In this document: positions 43,636 to 56,110 of the stretch, one piece after another
How the letters are laid out: each line of letters begins with the position of its first letter
How positions within the stretch are numbered: position 1 is the first letter of the stretch
Source: Eledone cirrhosa
Taxonomy: Eukaryota
Direction: 5' to 3'
Length of the DNA stretch: 64,000 nt
NCBI GenBank assembly: GCA_964016885.1
Contig: OZ024758.1
Span: 33,790,001-33,854,000, forward strand
Translations under genes and position numbers: made by a program
The notes under the pieces: generated by a model
What the model was told of the DNA's origin: nothing
What the model saw: the letters and a program-made list of their open reading frames with translations, nothing else
Databases searched by the model: none

Positions 43636-46600
43636 CATGGTATTAGCTGTCAGAAGTAACTCCACTGTTGGTGAGAATTCATTTAAGTTCATGGTACTAG
43701 CTGTCAGAAGTAACTCCACTTTTGGTGAGAATTCATTTAAGTTCATGGTAATAGTTTGTCAGAAGTAACTCCACTGTTGGTGAGAATTCATTTAAGTCAT
43801 GGTATTAGTTGTCAGAAGTAACTCCAATGTTGGTGAGAATTCATTTAAGTTCATGGTACTAGCTGTCAGAAGTAACTCCACTGTTGGTGAGAATTCATTT
43901 AAGTTCATGGTATTAGCTGTCAGAAGTAACTCCACTGTTGGTGAGAATTCATTTAAGTCATGGTATTAGCTGTCAGAAGTAACTCCATTGTTGGTGAGAT
44001 TTCATTTAAGTCATGGTATTAGCTGTCAGAAGTAACTCCACTGTTGGTGAGAATTCATTTAAGTTCATGGTACTAGCTGTCAGAAGTAACTCCACTGTTG
44101 GTGAGAATTCATTTAAGTTCATGGTACTAGCTGTCAGAAGTAACTCCACTGTTGGTGAGAATTCATTTAAGTTCATGGTACTAGCTGTCAGAAGTAACTC
44201 CACTGTTGGTGAGAATTCATTTAAGTTCATGGTACTAGCTGTCAGAAGTAACTCCAATGTTGGTGAGAATTCATTTAAGTTCATGGTATTAGCTGTCAGA
44301 AGTCACTCCAATGTTGGTGAGAATTCATTTAAGTTCATGGTATTAGCTGTCAGAAGTCACTCCTCTGTTGGTGAGAATTCATTTAAGTTCATGGTACTAG
44401 CTGTCAGAAGTAACCCCAATGTTGGTGAGAATTCATTTAAGTTCATGGTATTAGCTGTCAGAAGTCACTCCAATGTTGGTGAGAATTCATTTAAGTTCAT
44501 GGTATTAGCTGTCAGAAGTAACTCCACTGTTGGTGAGAATTCATTTAAGTTCATGGTATTAGCTGTCAGAAGTAACTCCACTGTTGGTGAGAATTCATTT
44601 AAGTTCATGGTATTAGCTGTCAGAAGTAACTCCACTGTTGGTGAGAATTCATTTAAGTTAATGGTATTAGCTGTCAGAAGGAACTCCAATGTTGGTGAGA
44701 ATTCATTTAAGTCATGGTACTAGCTGTCAGAAGTAACTCCACTGTTGGTGAGAATTCATTTAAGTTCATGGTATTAGCTGTCAGAAGGAACGCCACTGTT
44801 GGTGAGAATTCATTTAAGTTCATGGTATTAGCTGTCAGAAGTAACTCCACTGTTGGTGAGAATTCATTTAAGTTCATGGTACTAGCTGTCAGAAGTAACT
44901 CCAATGTTGGTGAGAATTCATTTAAGTTCATGGTATTAGCTGTCAGAAGGAACTCCACTGTTGGTGAGAATTCATTTAAGTTCATGGTATTAGCTGTCAG
45001 AAGTAACTCCACTGTTGGTGAGAATTCATTTAAGTTCATGGTACTAGCTGTCAGAAGTAACTCCACTGTTGGTGAGAATTCATTTAAGTTCATGGTAATA
45101 GTTTGTCAGAAGTAACTCCACTGTTGGTGAGAATTCACTTAAGTCATGGTATTAGTTGTCAGAAGTAACTCCAATGTTGGTTAGAATTCATTTAAGTTCA
45201 TGGTACTAGCTGTCAGAAGTAACTCCACTGTTGGTGAGAATTCATTTAAGTTCATGGTATTAGCTGTCAGAAGTTACTCCACTGTTGGTGAGAATTCATT
45301 TAAGTCATGGTATTAGCTGTCAGAAGTAACTCCATTGTTGGTGAGATTTCATTTAAGTCATGGTACTAGCTGTCAGAAGTAACCCCACTGTTGGTGAGAA
45401 TTCATTTAAGTTCATGGTACTAGCTGTCAGAAGTAACTCCACTGTTGGTGAGAATTCATTTAAGTTCATGGTACTAGCTGTCAGAAGTAACTCCACTGTT
45501 GGTGAGAATTCATTTAAGTTCATGGTACTAGCTGTCAGAAGTAACTCCACTGTTGGTGAGAATTCATTTAAGTTCATGGTACTAGCTGTCAGAAGTAACT
45601 CCAATGTTGGTGAGAATTCATTTAAGTTCATGTTATTAGCTGTCAGAAGTAACTCCACTGTTGGTGAGAATTCATTTAAGTTCATGGTACTAGCTGTCGG
45701 AAGTAACTCCACTGTTGGTGAGAATTCATTTAAGTTCATGGTATTAGCTGTCAGAAGTCACTCCAATGTTGGTGAGAATTCATTTAAGTTCATGGTATTA
45801 GCTGTCAGAAGTCACTCCACTGTTGGTGAGAATTCATTTAAGTTCATGGTACTAGCTGTCAGAAGTAACCCCAATGTTGGTGAGAATTCATTTAAGTTGA
45901 TGGTATTAGCTGTCAGAAGGAACTCCACTGTTGGTGAGAATTCATTTAAGTTCATGGTATTAGCTGTCAGAAGTAACTCCACTGTTGGTGAGAATTCATT
46001 TAAGTTCATGGTACTAGCTGTCAGAAGTAACTACAATGTTGGTGAGAATTCATTTAAGTTCATGGTATTAGCTGTCAGAAGTAACTCCACTGTTGGTGAG
46101 AATTCATTTAAGTCATGGTATTAGCTGTCAGAAGTAACTCCAATGTTGGTGAGAATTCATTTAAGTTCATGGTATTAGCTGTCAGAAGTAACTCCACTGT
46201 TGGTGAGAATTCATTTAAGTTCATGGTATTAGCTGTCAGAAGTAACTCCAATGTTGGTGAGAATTCATTTATGTCATGGTATTAGTTGTCAGAAGTAACT
46301 CCAATGTTGTTGAGAATTCATTTAAGTTCATGGTACTAGCTGTCAGAAGTAACTCCACTGTTGGTGAGAATTCATTTAAGTTCATGGTATTAGCTGTCAG
46401 AAGTAAATCCACTGTTGGTGAGAATTCATTTAAGTCATGGTACTAGCTGTCAGAAGTAACGCCACTGTTGGTGAGAATTCATTTAAGTTCATGGTATTAG
46501 CTGTCAGAAGGAACTCCACTGTTGGTGAGAATTCATTTAAGTTCATGGTACTAGCTGTCAGAAGTAACTCCACTGTTGGTGAGAATTCATTTAAGTTCAT

Positions 46601-46760
46601 GGTATTAGTTTGTCAGAAGTAACTCCACTGTTGGTGAGAATTCATTTAAGTTCATGGTATTAGCTGTCAGAAGTAACTCCACTGTTGGTGAGAATTCATT
46701 TAAGTTCATGGTATTAGCTGTCAGAAGTAACTCCACTGTTGGTGAGAATTCATTTAAGTT

Positions 46761-49700
46761 CATGGTATTAGCTGTCAGAAGGAACTTCAATGTTGGTGAG
46801 AATTCATTTAAGTCATGGTACTAGCTGTCAGAAGTAACTCCACTGTTGGTGAGAATTCATTTAAGTTCATGGTATTAGCTGTCAGAAGGAACTCCAATGT
46901 TGGTGAGAATTCATTTAAGTCATGGTACTAGCTGTCAGAAGTAACTCCACTGTTGGTGAGAATTCATTTAAGTTCATGGTATTAGCTGTCAGAAGGAACG
47001 CCACTGTTGGTGAGAATTCATTTAAGTTCATGGTATTAGCTGTCAGAAGTAACTCCACTGTTGGTGAGAATTCATTTAAGTTCATGGTACTAGCTGTCAG
47101 AAGTAACTCCAATGTTGGTGAGAATTCATTTAAGTTCATGGTATTAGCTGTCAGAAGGAACTCCACTGTTGGTGAGAATTCATTTAAGTTCATGGTATTA
47201 GCTGTCAGAAGTAACTCCACTGTTGGTGAGAATTCATTTAAGTCATGGTATTAGCTGTCAGAAGTAACTCCATTGTTGGTGAGAATTCATTTAAGTCATG
47301 GTACTAGCTGTCACAACTCCACTGTTGGTGAGAATTCATTTAAGTTCATGGTATTAGTTTGTCAGAAGTAACTCCACTGTTGGTGAGAATTCATTTAAGT
47401 CATGGTATTAGTTGTCAGAAGTAACTCCAATGTTGGTGAGAATTCATTTAAGTTCATGGTACTAGCTGTCAGAAGTAACTCCATTGTTGGTGAGAATTCA
47501 TTTAAGTTCATGGTACTAGCTGTCAGAAGTAACTCCACTGTTGGTGAGAATTCATTTAAGTTCATGGTATTAGTTTGTCAGAAGTAACTCCACTGTTGGT
47601 GAGAATTCATTTAAGTCATGGTATTAGTTGTCAGAAGTAACTCCAATGTTGGTGAGAATTCATTTAAGTCATGGTACTAGCTGTCAGAAGTAACTCCAAT
47701 GTAGGTGAGAATTCATTTAAGTTCATGGTATTAGCTGTCAGAAGGAACTCCACTGTTGGTGAGAATTCATTTAAGTTCATGGTATTAGCTGTCAGAAGTA
47801 ACTCCACTGTTGGTGAGAATTCATTTAAGTTCATGGTACTAGCTGTCAGAAGTAACTCCAATGTTGGTGAGAATTCATTTAAGTTCATGGTATTAGCTGT
47901 CAGAAGGAACTCCACTGTTGGTGAGAATTCATTTAAGTCATGGTACTAGCTGTCAGAAGTAACTCCACTGTTGGTGAGAATTCATTTAAGTTCATGGTAT
48001 TAGTTTGTCAGAAGTAACTCCACTGTTGGTGAGAATTCATTTAAGTCATGGTATTAGTTGTCAGAAGTAACTCCAATGTTGGTGAGAATTCATTTAAGTT
48101 CATGGTACTAGCTGTCAGAAGTAACTCCATTGTTGGTGAGAATTCATTTAAGTTCATGGTACTAGCTGTCAGAAGTAACTCCACTGTTGGTGAGAATTCA
48201 TTTAAGTTCATGGTATTAGTTTGTCAGAAGTAACTCCACTGTTGGTGAGAATTCATTTAAGTCATGGTATTAGTTGTCAGAAGTAACTCCAATGTTGGTG
48301 AGAATTCATTTAAGTTCATGGTACTAGCTGTCAGAAGTAACTCCATTGTTGGTGAGAATTCATTTAAGTTCATGGTACTAGCTGTCAGAAGTAACTCCAC
48401 TGTTGGTGAGAATTCATTTAAGTTCATGGTATTAGTTTGTCAGAAGTAACTCCACTGTTGGTGAGAATTCATTTAAGTCATGGTACTAGCTGTCAGAAGT
48501 AACTCCAATGTTGGTGATAATTCATTTAAGTTCATTGTATTAGCTGTCAGAAGGAACTCCACTGTTGGTGAGAATTCATTTAAGTTCATGGTATTAGCTG
48601 TCAGAAGTAACTCCACTGTTGGTGAGAATTCATTTAAGTCATGGTATTAGCTGTCAGAAGTAACTCCATTGTTGGTGAGAATTCATTTAAGTCATGGTAC
48701 TAGCTGTCACAAGTAACTCCACTGTTGGTGAGAATTCATTTAAGTTCATGGTATTAGTTTGTCAGAAGTAACTCCACTGTTGGTGAGAATTCATTTAAGT
48801 CATGGTATTAGCTGTCAGAAGGAACTTCAATGTTGGTGAGAATTCATTTAAGTCATGGTACTAGCTGTCAGAAGTAACTCCACTGTTGGTGAGAATTCAT
48901 TTAAGTTCATGGTATTAGCTGTCAGAAGGAACTCCAATGTTGGTGAGAATTCATTTAAGTCATGGTACTAGCTGTCAGAAGTAACTCCACTGTTGGTGAG
49001 AATTCATTTAAGTTCATGGTATTAGCTGTCAGAAGGAACGCCACTGTTGGTGAGAATTCATTTAAGTTCATGGTATTAGCTGTCAGAAGTAACTCCACTG
49101 TTGGTGAGAATTCATTTAAGTTCATGGTACTAGCTGTCAGAAGTAACTCCAATGTTGGTGAGAATTCATTTAAGTTCATGGTATTAGCTGTCAGAAGGAA
49201 CTCCACTGTTGGTGAGAATTCATTTAAGTTCATGGTATTAGCTGTCAGAAGTAACTCCACTGTTGGTGAGAATTCATTTAAGTCATGGTATTAGCTGTCA
49301 GAAGTAACTCCATTGTTGGTGAGAATTCATTTAAGTCATGGTACTAGCTGTCACAACTCCACTGTTGGTGAGAATTCATTTAAGTTCATGGTATTAGTTT
49401 GTCAGAAGTAACTCCACTGTTGGTGAGAATTCATTTAAGTCATGGTATTAGTTGTCAGAAGTAACTCCAATGTTGGTGAGAATTCATTTAAGTTCATGGT
49501 ACTAGCTGTCAGAAGTAACTCCATTGTTGGTGAGAATTCATTTAAGTTCATGGTACTAGCTGTCAGAAGTAACTCCACTGTTGGTGAGAATTCATTTAAG
49601 TTCATGGTATTAGTTTGTCAGAAGTAACTCCACTGTTGGTGAGAATTCATTTAAGTCATGGTATTAGTTGTCAGAAGTAACTCCAATGTTGGTGAGAATT

Positions 49701-50840
49701 CATTTAAGTCATGGTACTAGCTGTCAGAAGTAACTCCAATGTTGGTGAGAATTCATTTAAGTTCATGGTATTAGCTGTCAGAAGGAACTCCACTGTTGGT
49801 GAGAATTCATTTAAGTTCATGGTATTAGCTGTCAGAAGTAACTCCACTGTTGGTGAGAATTCATTTAAGTTCATGGTACTAGCTGTCAGAAGTAACTCCA
49901 ATGTTGGTGAGAATTCATTTAAGTTCATGGTATTAGCTGTCAGAAGGAACTCCACTGTTGGTGAGAATTCATTTAAGTCATGGTACTAGCTGTCAGAAGT
50001 AACTCCACTGTTGGTGAGAATTCATTTAAGTTCATGGTATTAGTTTGTCAGAAGTAACTCCACTGTTGGTGAGAATTCATTTAAGTCATGGTATTAGTTG
50101 TCAGAAGTAACTCCAATGTTGGTGAGAATTCATTTAAGTTCATGGTACTAGCTGTCAGAAGTAACTCCATTGTTGGTGAGAATTCATTTAAGTTCATGGT
50201 ACTAGCTGTCAGAAGTAACTCCACTGTTGGTGAGAATTCATTTAAGTTCATGGTATTAGTTTGTCAGAAGTAACTCCACTGTTGGTGAGAATTCATTTAA
50301 GTCATGGTATTAGTTGTCAGAAGTAACTCCAATGTTGGTGAGAATTCATTTAAGTTCATGGTACTAGCTGTCAGAAGTAACTCCATTGTTGGTGAGAATT
50401 CATTTAAGTTCATGGTACTAGCTGTCAGAAGTAACTCCACTGTTGGTGAGAATTCATTTAAGTTCATGGTATTAGTTTGTCAGAAGTAACTCCACTGTTG
50501 GTGAGAATTCATTTAAGTCATGGTACTAGCTGTCAGAAGTAACTCCAATGTTGGTGATAATTCATTTAAGTTCATTGTATTAGCTGTCAGAAGGAACTCC
50601 ACTGTTGGTGAGAATTCATTTAAGTTCATGGTATTAGCTGTCAGAAGTAACTCCACTGTTGGTGAGAATTCATTTAAGTCATGGTATTAGCTGTCAGAAG
50701 TAACTCCATTGTTGGTGAGAATTCATTTAAGTCATGGTACTAGCTGTCACAAGTAACTCCACTGTTGGTGAGAATTCATTTAAGTTCATGGTATTAGTTT
50801 GTCAGAAGTAACTCCACTGTTGGTGAGAATTCATTTAAGT
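46761..50840 (+). repeat. 2,040-bp (38-monomer) near-perfect tandem duplication (46761-48800 / 48801-50840)
   Basis: Shared private 4-bp deletion GTCACAACTCC (~47310/49350), GGTGATAA (~48513/50553) and CATTGTA (~48533/50573). I saw one difference, GTAGG at 47701 vs GTTGG at 49741. Confidence 0.93.
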
Positions 50841-51280
50841 CATGGTATTAGTTGTCAGAAGTAACTCCAATGTTGGTGAGAATTCATTTAAGTTCATGGT
50901 ACTAGCTGTCAGAAGTAACTCCATTGTTGGTGAGAATTCATTTAAGTTCATGGTACTAGCTGTCAGAAGTAACTCCACTGTTGGTGAGAATTCATTTAAG
51001 TTCATGGTATTAGTTTGTCAGAAGTAACTCCACTGTTGGTGAGAATTCATTTAAGTCATGGTATTAGTTGTCAGAAGTAACTCCAATGTTGGTGAGAATT
51101 CATTTAAGTCATGGTACTAGCTGTCAGAAGTAACTCCAATGTTGGTGAGAATTCATTTAAGTTCATGGTATTAGCTGTCAGAAGGAACTCCACTGTTGGT
51201 CAGAATTCATTTAAGTTCATGGTATTAGCTGTCAGAAGTAACTCCACTGTTGGTGAGAATTCATTTAAGTTCATGGTACT

Positions 51281-54200
51281 AGCTGTCAGAAGTAACTACA
51301 ATGTTGGTGAGAATTCATTTAAGTTCATGGTATTAGCTGTCAGAAGTAACTCCACTGTTGGTGAGAATTCATTTAAGTCATGGTATTAGCTGTCAGAAGT
51401 AACTCCAATGTTGGTGAGAATTCATTTAAGTTCATGGTATTAGCTGTCAGAAGTAACTCCACTGTTGGTAAGAATTCATTTAAGTTCATGGTATTAGCTG
51501 TCAGAAGTAAATCCACTGTTGGTGAGAATTCATTTAAGTCATGGTATTAGCTGTCAGAAGTAACTCCATTGTTGGTGAGAATTCATTTAAGTCATGGTAC
51601 TAGCTGTCAGAAGTAACTCCACTGTTGGTGAGAATTCATTTAAGTTCATGGTATTAGCTGTCAGAAGTAACTCCACTGTTGGTGAGAATTCATTTAAGTC
51701 ATGGTACTAGCTGTCAGAAGTAACTCCAATGTTGGTGAGAATTCATTTAAGTTCATTGTATTAGCTGTCAGAAGGAACTCCACTGTTGGTGAGAATTCAT
51801 TTAAGTTCATGGTATTAGCTGTCAGAAGTAACTCCACTGTTGGTGAGAATTCATTTAAGTCATGGTATTAGCTGTCAGAAGTAACTCCATTGTTGGTGAG
51901 AATTCATTTAAGTCATGGTACTAGCTGTCACAAGTAACTCCACTGTTGGTGAGAATTCATTTAAGTCATGGTATTAGTTGTCAGAAGTAACTCCAATGAT
52001 GGTGAGAATTCATTTAAGTTCATGGTACTAGCTGTCAGAAGTAACTCCATTGTTGGTGAGAATTCATTTAAGTTCATGGTACTAGCTGTCAGAAGTAACT
52101 CCACTGTTGGTGAGAATTCATTTAAGTTCATGGTATTAGTTTGTCAGAAGTAACTCCACTGTTGGTGAGAATTCATTTAAGTCATGGTATTAGTTGTCAG
52201 AAGTAACTCCAATGTTGGTGAGAATTCATTTAAGTCATGGTACTAGCTGTCAGAAGTAACTCCAATGTTGGTGAGAATTCATTTAAGTTCATGGTATTAG
52301 CTGTCAGAAGGAACTCCACTGTTGGTCAGAATTCATTTAAGTTCATGGTATTAGCTGTCAGAAGTAACTCCACTGTTGGTGAGAATTCATTTAAGTTCAT
52401 GGTACTAGCTGTCAGAAGTAACTACAATGTTGGTGAGAATTCATTTAAGTTCATGGTATTAGCTGTCAGAAGTAACTCCACTGTTGGTGAGAATTCATTT
52501 AAGTCATGGTATTAGCTGTCAGAAGTAACTCCAATGTTGGTGAGAATTCATTTAAGTTCATGGTATTAGCTGTCAGAAGTAACTCCACTGTTGGTGAGAA
52601 TTCATTTAAGTTCATGGTATTAGCTGTCAGAAGTAACTCCAATGTTGGTGAGAATTCATTTATGTCATGGTATTAGTTGTCAGAAGTAACTCCAATGTTG
52701 GTGAGAATTCATTTAAGTTCATGGTACTAGCTGTCAGAAGTAACTCCACTGTTGGTGAGAATTCATTTAAGTTCATGGTATTAGCTGTCAGAAGTAAATC
52801 CACTGTTGGTGAGAATTCATTTAAGTCATGGTATTAGCTGTCAGAAGTAACTCCATTGTTGGTGAGAATTCATTTAAGTCATGGTACTAGCTGTCAGAAG
52901 TAACTCAACTGTTGGTGAGAATTCATTTAAGTTCATGGTATTAGCTGTCAGAAGGAACTCCACTGTTGGTGAGAATTCATTTAAGTTCATGGTACTAGCT
53001 GTCAGAAGTAACTCCACTGTTGGTGAGAATTCATTTAAGTTCATGGTATTAGTTTGTCAGAAGTAACTCCACTGTTGGTGAGAATTCATTTAAGTTCATG
53101 GTATTAGCTGTCAGAAGTAACTCCACTGTTGGTGAGAATTCATTTAAGTTCATGGTATTAGCTGTCAGAAGTAACTCCACTGTTGGTGAGAATTCATTTA
53201 AGTTCATGGTATTAGCTGTCAGAAGGAACTTCAATGTTGGTGAGAATTCATTTAAGTCATGGTACTAGCTGTCAGAAGTAACTCCACTGTTGGTGAGAAT
53301 TCATTTAAGTTCATGGTATTAGCTGTCAGAAGGAACGCCACTGTTTGTGAGAATTCATTTAAGTTCATGGTATTAGCTGTCAGAAGTAACTCCACTGTGG
53401 TGAGAATTCATTTAAGTTCATGGTACTAGCTGTCAGAAGTAACTCCAATGTTGGTGAGAATTCATTTAAGTTCATGGTATTAGCTGTCAGAAGGAACTCC
53501 ACTGTTGGTGAGAATTCATTTAAGTTCATGGTATTAGCTGTCAGAAGGAACTCCAATGTTTGTGAGAATTCATTTAAGTTCATGGTATTAGCTGTCAGAA
53601 GTAACTCCACTGTTGGTGAGAATTCATTTAAGTCATGGTATTAGTTGTCAGAAGTTACTCCAATGTTGGTGAGAATTCATTTAAGTTCATGGTATTAGCT
53701 GTCAGAAGTAACTACAATGTTGGTGAGAATTCATTTAAGTTCATGGTATTAGCTGTCAGAAGTAACTCCACTGTTGGTGAGAATTCATTTAAGTCATGGT
53801 ATTAGCTGTCAGAAGTAACTCCAATGTTGGTGAGAATTCATTTAAGTTCATGGTATTAGCTGTCAGAAGTAACTCCACTGTTGGTAAGAATTCATTTAAG
53901 TTCATGGTATTAGCTGTCAGAAGTAAATCCACTGTTGGTGAGAATTCATTTAAGTCATGGTATTAGCTGTCAGAAGTAACTCCATTGTTGGTGAGAATTC
54001 ATTTAAGTCATGGTACTAGCTGTCAGAAGTAACTCCACTGTTGGTGAGAATTCATTTAAGTTCATGGTATTAGCTGTCAGAAGTAACTCCACTGTTGGTG
54101 AGAATTCATTTAAGTCATGGTACTAGCTGTCAGAAGTAACTCCAATGTTGGTGAGAATTCATTTAAGTTCATTGTATTAGCTGTCAGAAGGAACTCCACT

Positions 54201-56110
54201 GTTGGTGAGAATTCATTTAAGTTCATGGTATTAGCTGTCAGAAGTAACTCCACTGTTGGTGAGAATTCATTTAAGTCATGGTATTAGCTGTCAGAAGTAA
54301 CTCCATTGTTGGTGAGAATTCATTTAAGTCATGGTACTAGCTGTCACAAGTAACTCCACTGTTGGTGAGAATTCATTTAAGTCATGGTATTAGTTGTCAG
54401 AAGTAACTCCAATGTTGGTGAGAATTCATTTAAGTTCATGGTACTAGCTGTCAGAAGTAACTCCATTGTTGGTGAGAATTCATTTAAGTTCATGGTACTA
54501 GCTGTCAGAAGTAACTCCACTGTTGGTGAGAATTCATTTAAGTTCATGGTATTAGTTTGTCAGAAGTAACTCCACTGTTGGTGAGAATTCATTTAAGTCA
54601 TGGTATTAGTTGTCAGAAGTAACTCCAATGTTGGTGAGAATTCATTTAAGTCATGGTACTAGCTGTCAGAAGTAACTCCAATGTTGGTGAGAATTCATTT
54701 AAGTTCATGGTATTAGCTGTCAGAAGGAACTCCACTGTTGGTCAGAATTCATTTAAGTTCATGGTATTAGCTGTCAGAAGTAACTCCACTGTTGGTGAGA
54801 ATTCATTTAAGTTCATGGTACTAGCTGTCAGAAGTAACTACAATGTTGGTGAGAATTCATTTAAGTTCATGGTATTAGCTGTCAGAAGTAACTCCACTGT
54901 TGGTGAGAATTCATTTAAGTCATGGTATTAGCTGTCAGAAGTAACTCCAATGTTGGTGAGAATTCATTTAAGTTCATGGTATTAGCTGTCAGAAGTAACT
55001 CCACTGTTGGTGAGAATTCATTTAAGTTCATGGTATTAGCTGTCAGAAGTAACTCCAATGTTGGTGAGAATTCATTTATGTCATGGTATTAGTTGTCAGA
55101 AGTAACTCCAATGTTGGTGAGAATTCATTTAAGTTCATGGTACTAGCTGTCAGAAGTAACTCCACTGTTGGTGAGAATTCATTTAAGTTCATGGTATTAG
55201 CTGTCAGAAGTAAATCCACTGTTGGTGAGAATTCATTTAAGTCATGGTATTAGCTGTCAGAAGTAACTCCATTGTTGGTGAGAATTCATTTAAGTCATGG
55301 TACTAGCTGTCAGAAGTAACTCAACTGTTGGTGAGAATTCATTTAAGTTCATGGTATTAGCTGTCAGAAGGAACTCCACTGTTGGTGAGAATTCATTTAA
55401 GTTCATGGTACTAGCTGTCAGAAGTAACTCCACTGTTGGTGAGAATTCATTTAAGTTCATGGTATTAGTTTGTCAGAAGTAACTCCACTGTTGGTGAGAA
55501 TTCATTTAAGTTCATGGTATTAGCTGTCAGAAGTAACTCCACTGTTGGTGAGAATTCATTTAAGTTCATGGTATTAGCTGTCAGAAGTAACTCCACTGTT
55601 GGTGAGAATTCATTTAAGTTCATGGTATTAGCTGTCAGAAGGAACTTCAATGTTGGTGAGAATTCATTTAAGTCATGGTACTAGCTGTCAGAAGTAACTC
55701 CACTGTTGGTGAGAATTCATTTAAGTTCATGGTATTAGCTGTCAGAAGGAACGCCACTGTTTGTGAGAATTCATTTAAGTTCATGGTATTAGCTGTCAGA
55801 AGTAACTCCACTGTGGTGAGAATTCATTTAAGTTCATGGTACTAGCTGTCAGAAGTAACTCCAATGTTGGTGAGAATTCATTTAAGTTCATGGTATTAGC
55901 TGTCAGAAGGAACTCCACTGTTGGTGAGAATTCATTTAAGTTCATGGTATTAGCTGTCAGAAGGAACTCCAATGTTTGTGAGAATTCATTTAAGTTCATG
56001 GTATTAGCTGTCAGAAGTAACTCCACTGTTGGTGAGAATTCATTTAAGTCATGGTATTAGTTGTCAGAAGTTACTCCAATGTTGGTGAGAATTCATTTAA
56101 GTTCATGGTA
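51281..56110 (+). repeat. 2,416-bp (45-monomer) tandem duplication (~51281-53696 / ~53697-56110)
   Basis: Shared private variants GGTAAGAA (~51467/53883), ACTCAAC (52907/55323) and the 1-bp deletion CTGTGG (53395/55811). ORF pairs 52237/54653, 52881/55297 and 53420/55836. Confidence 0.92.
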
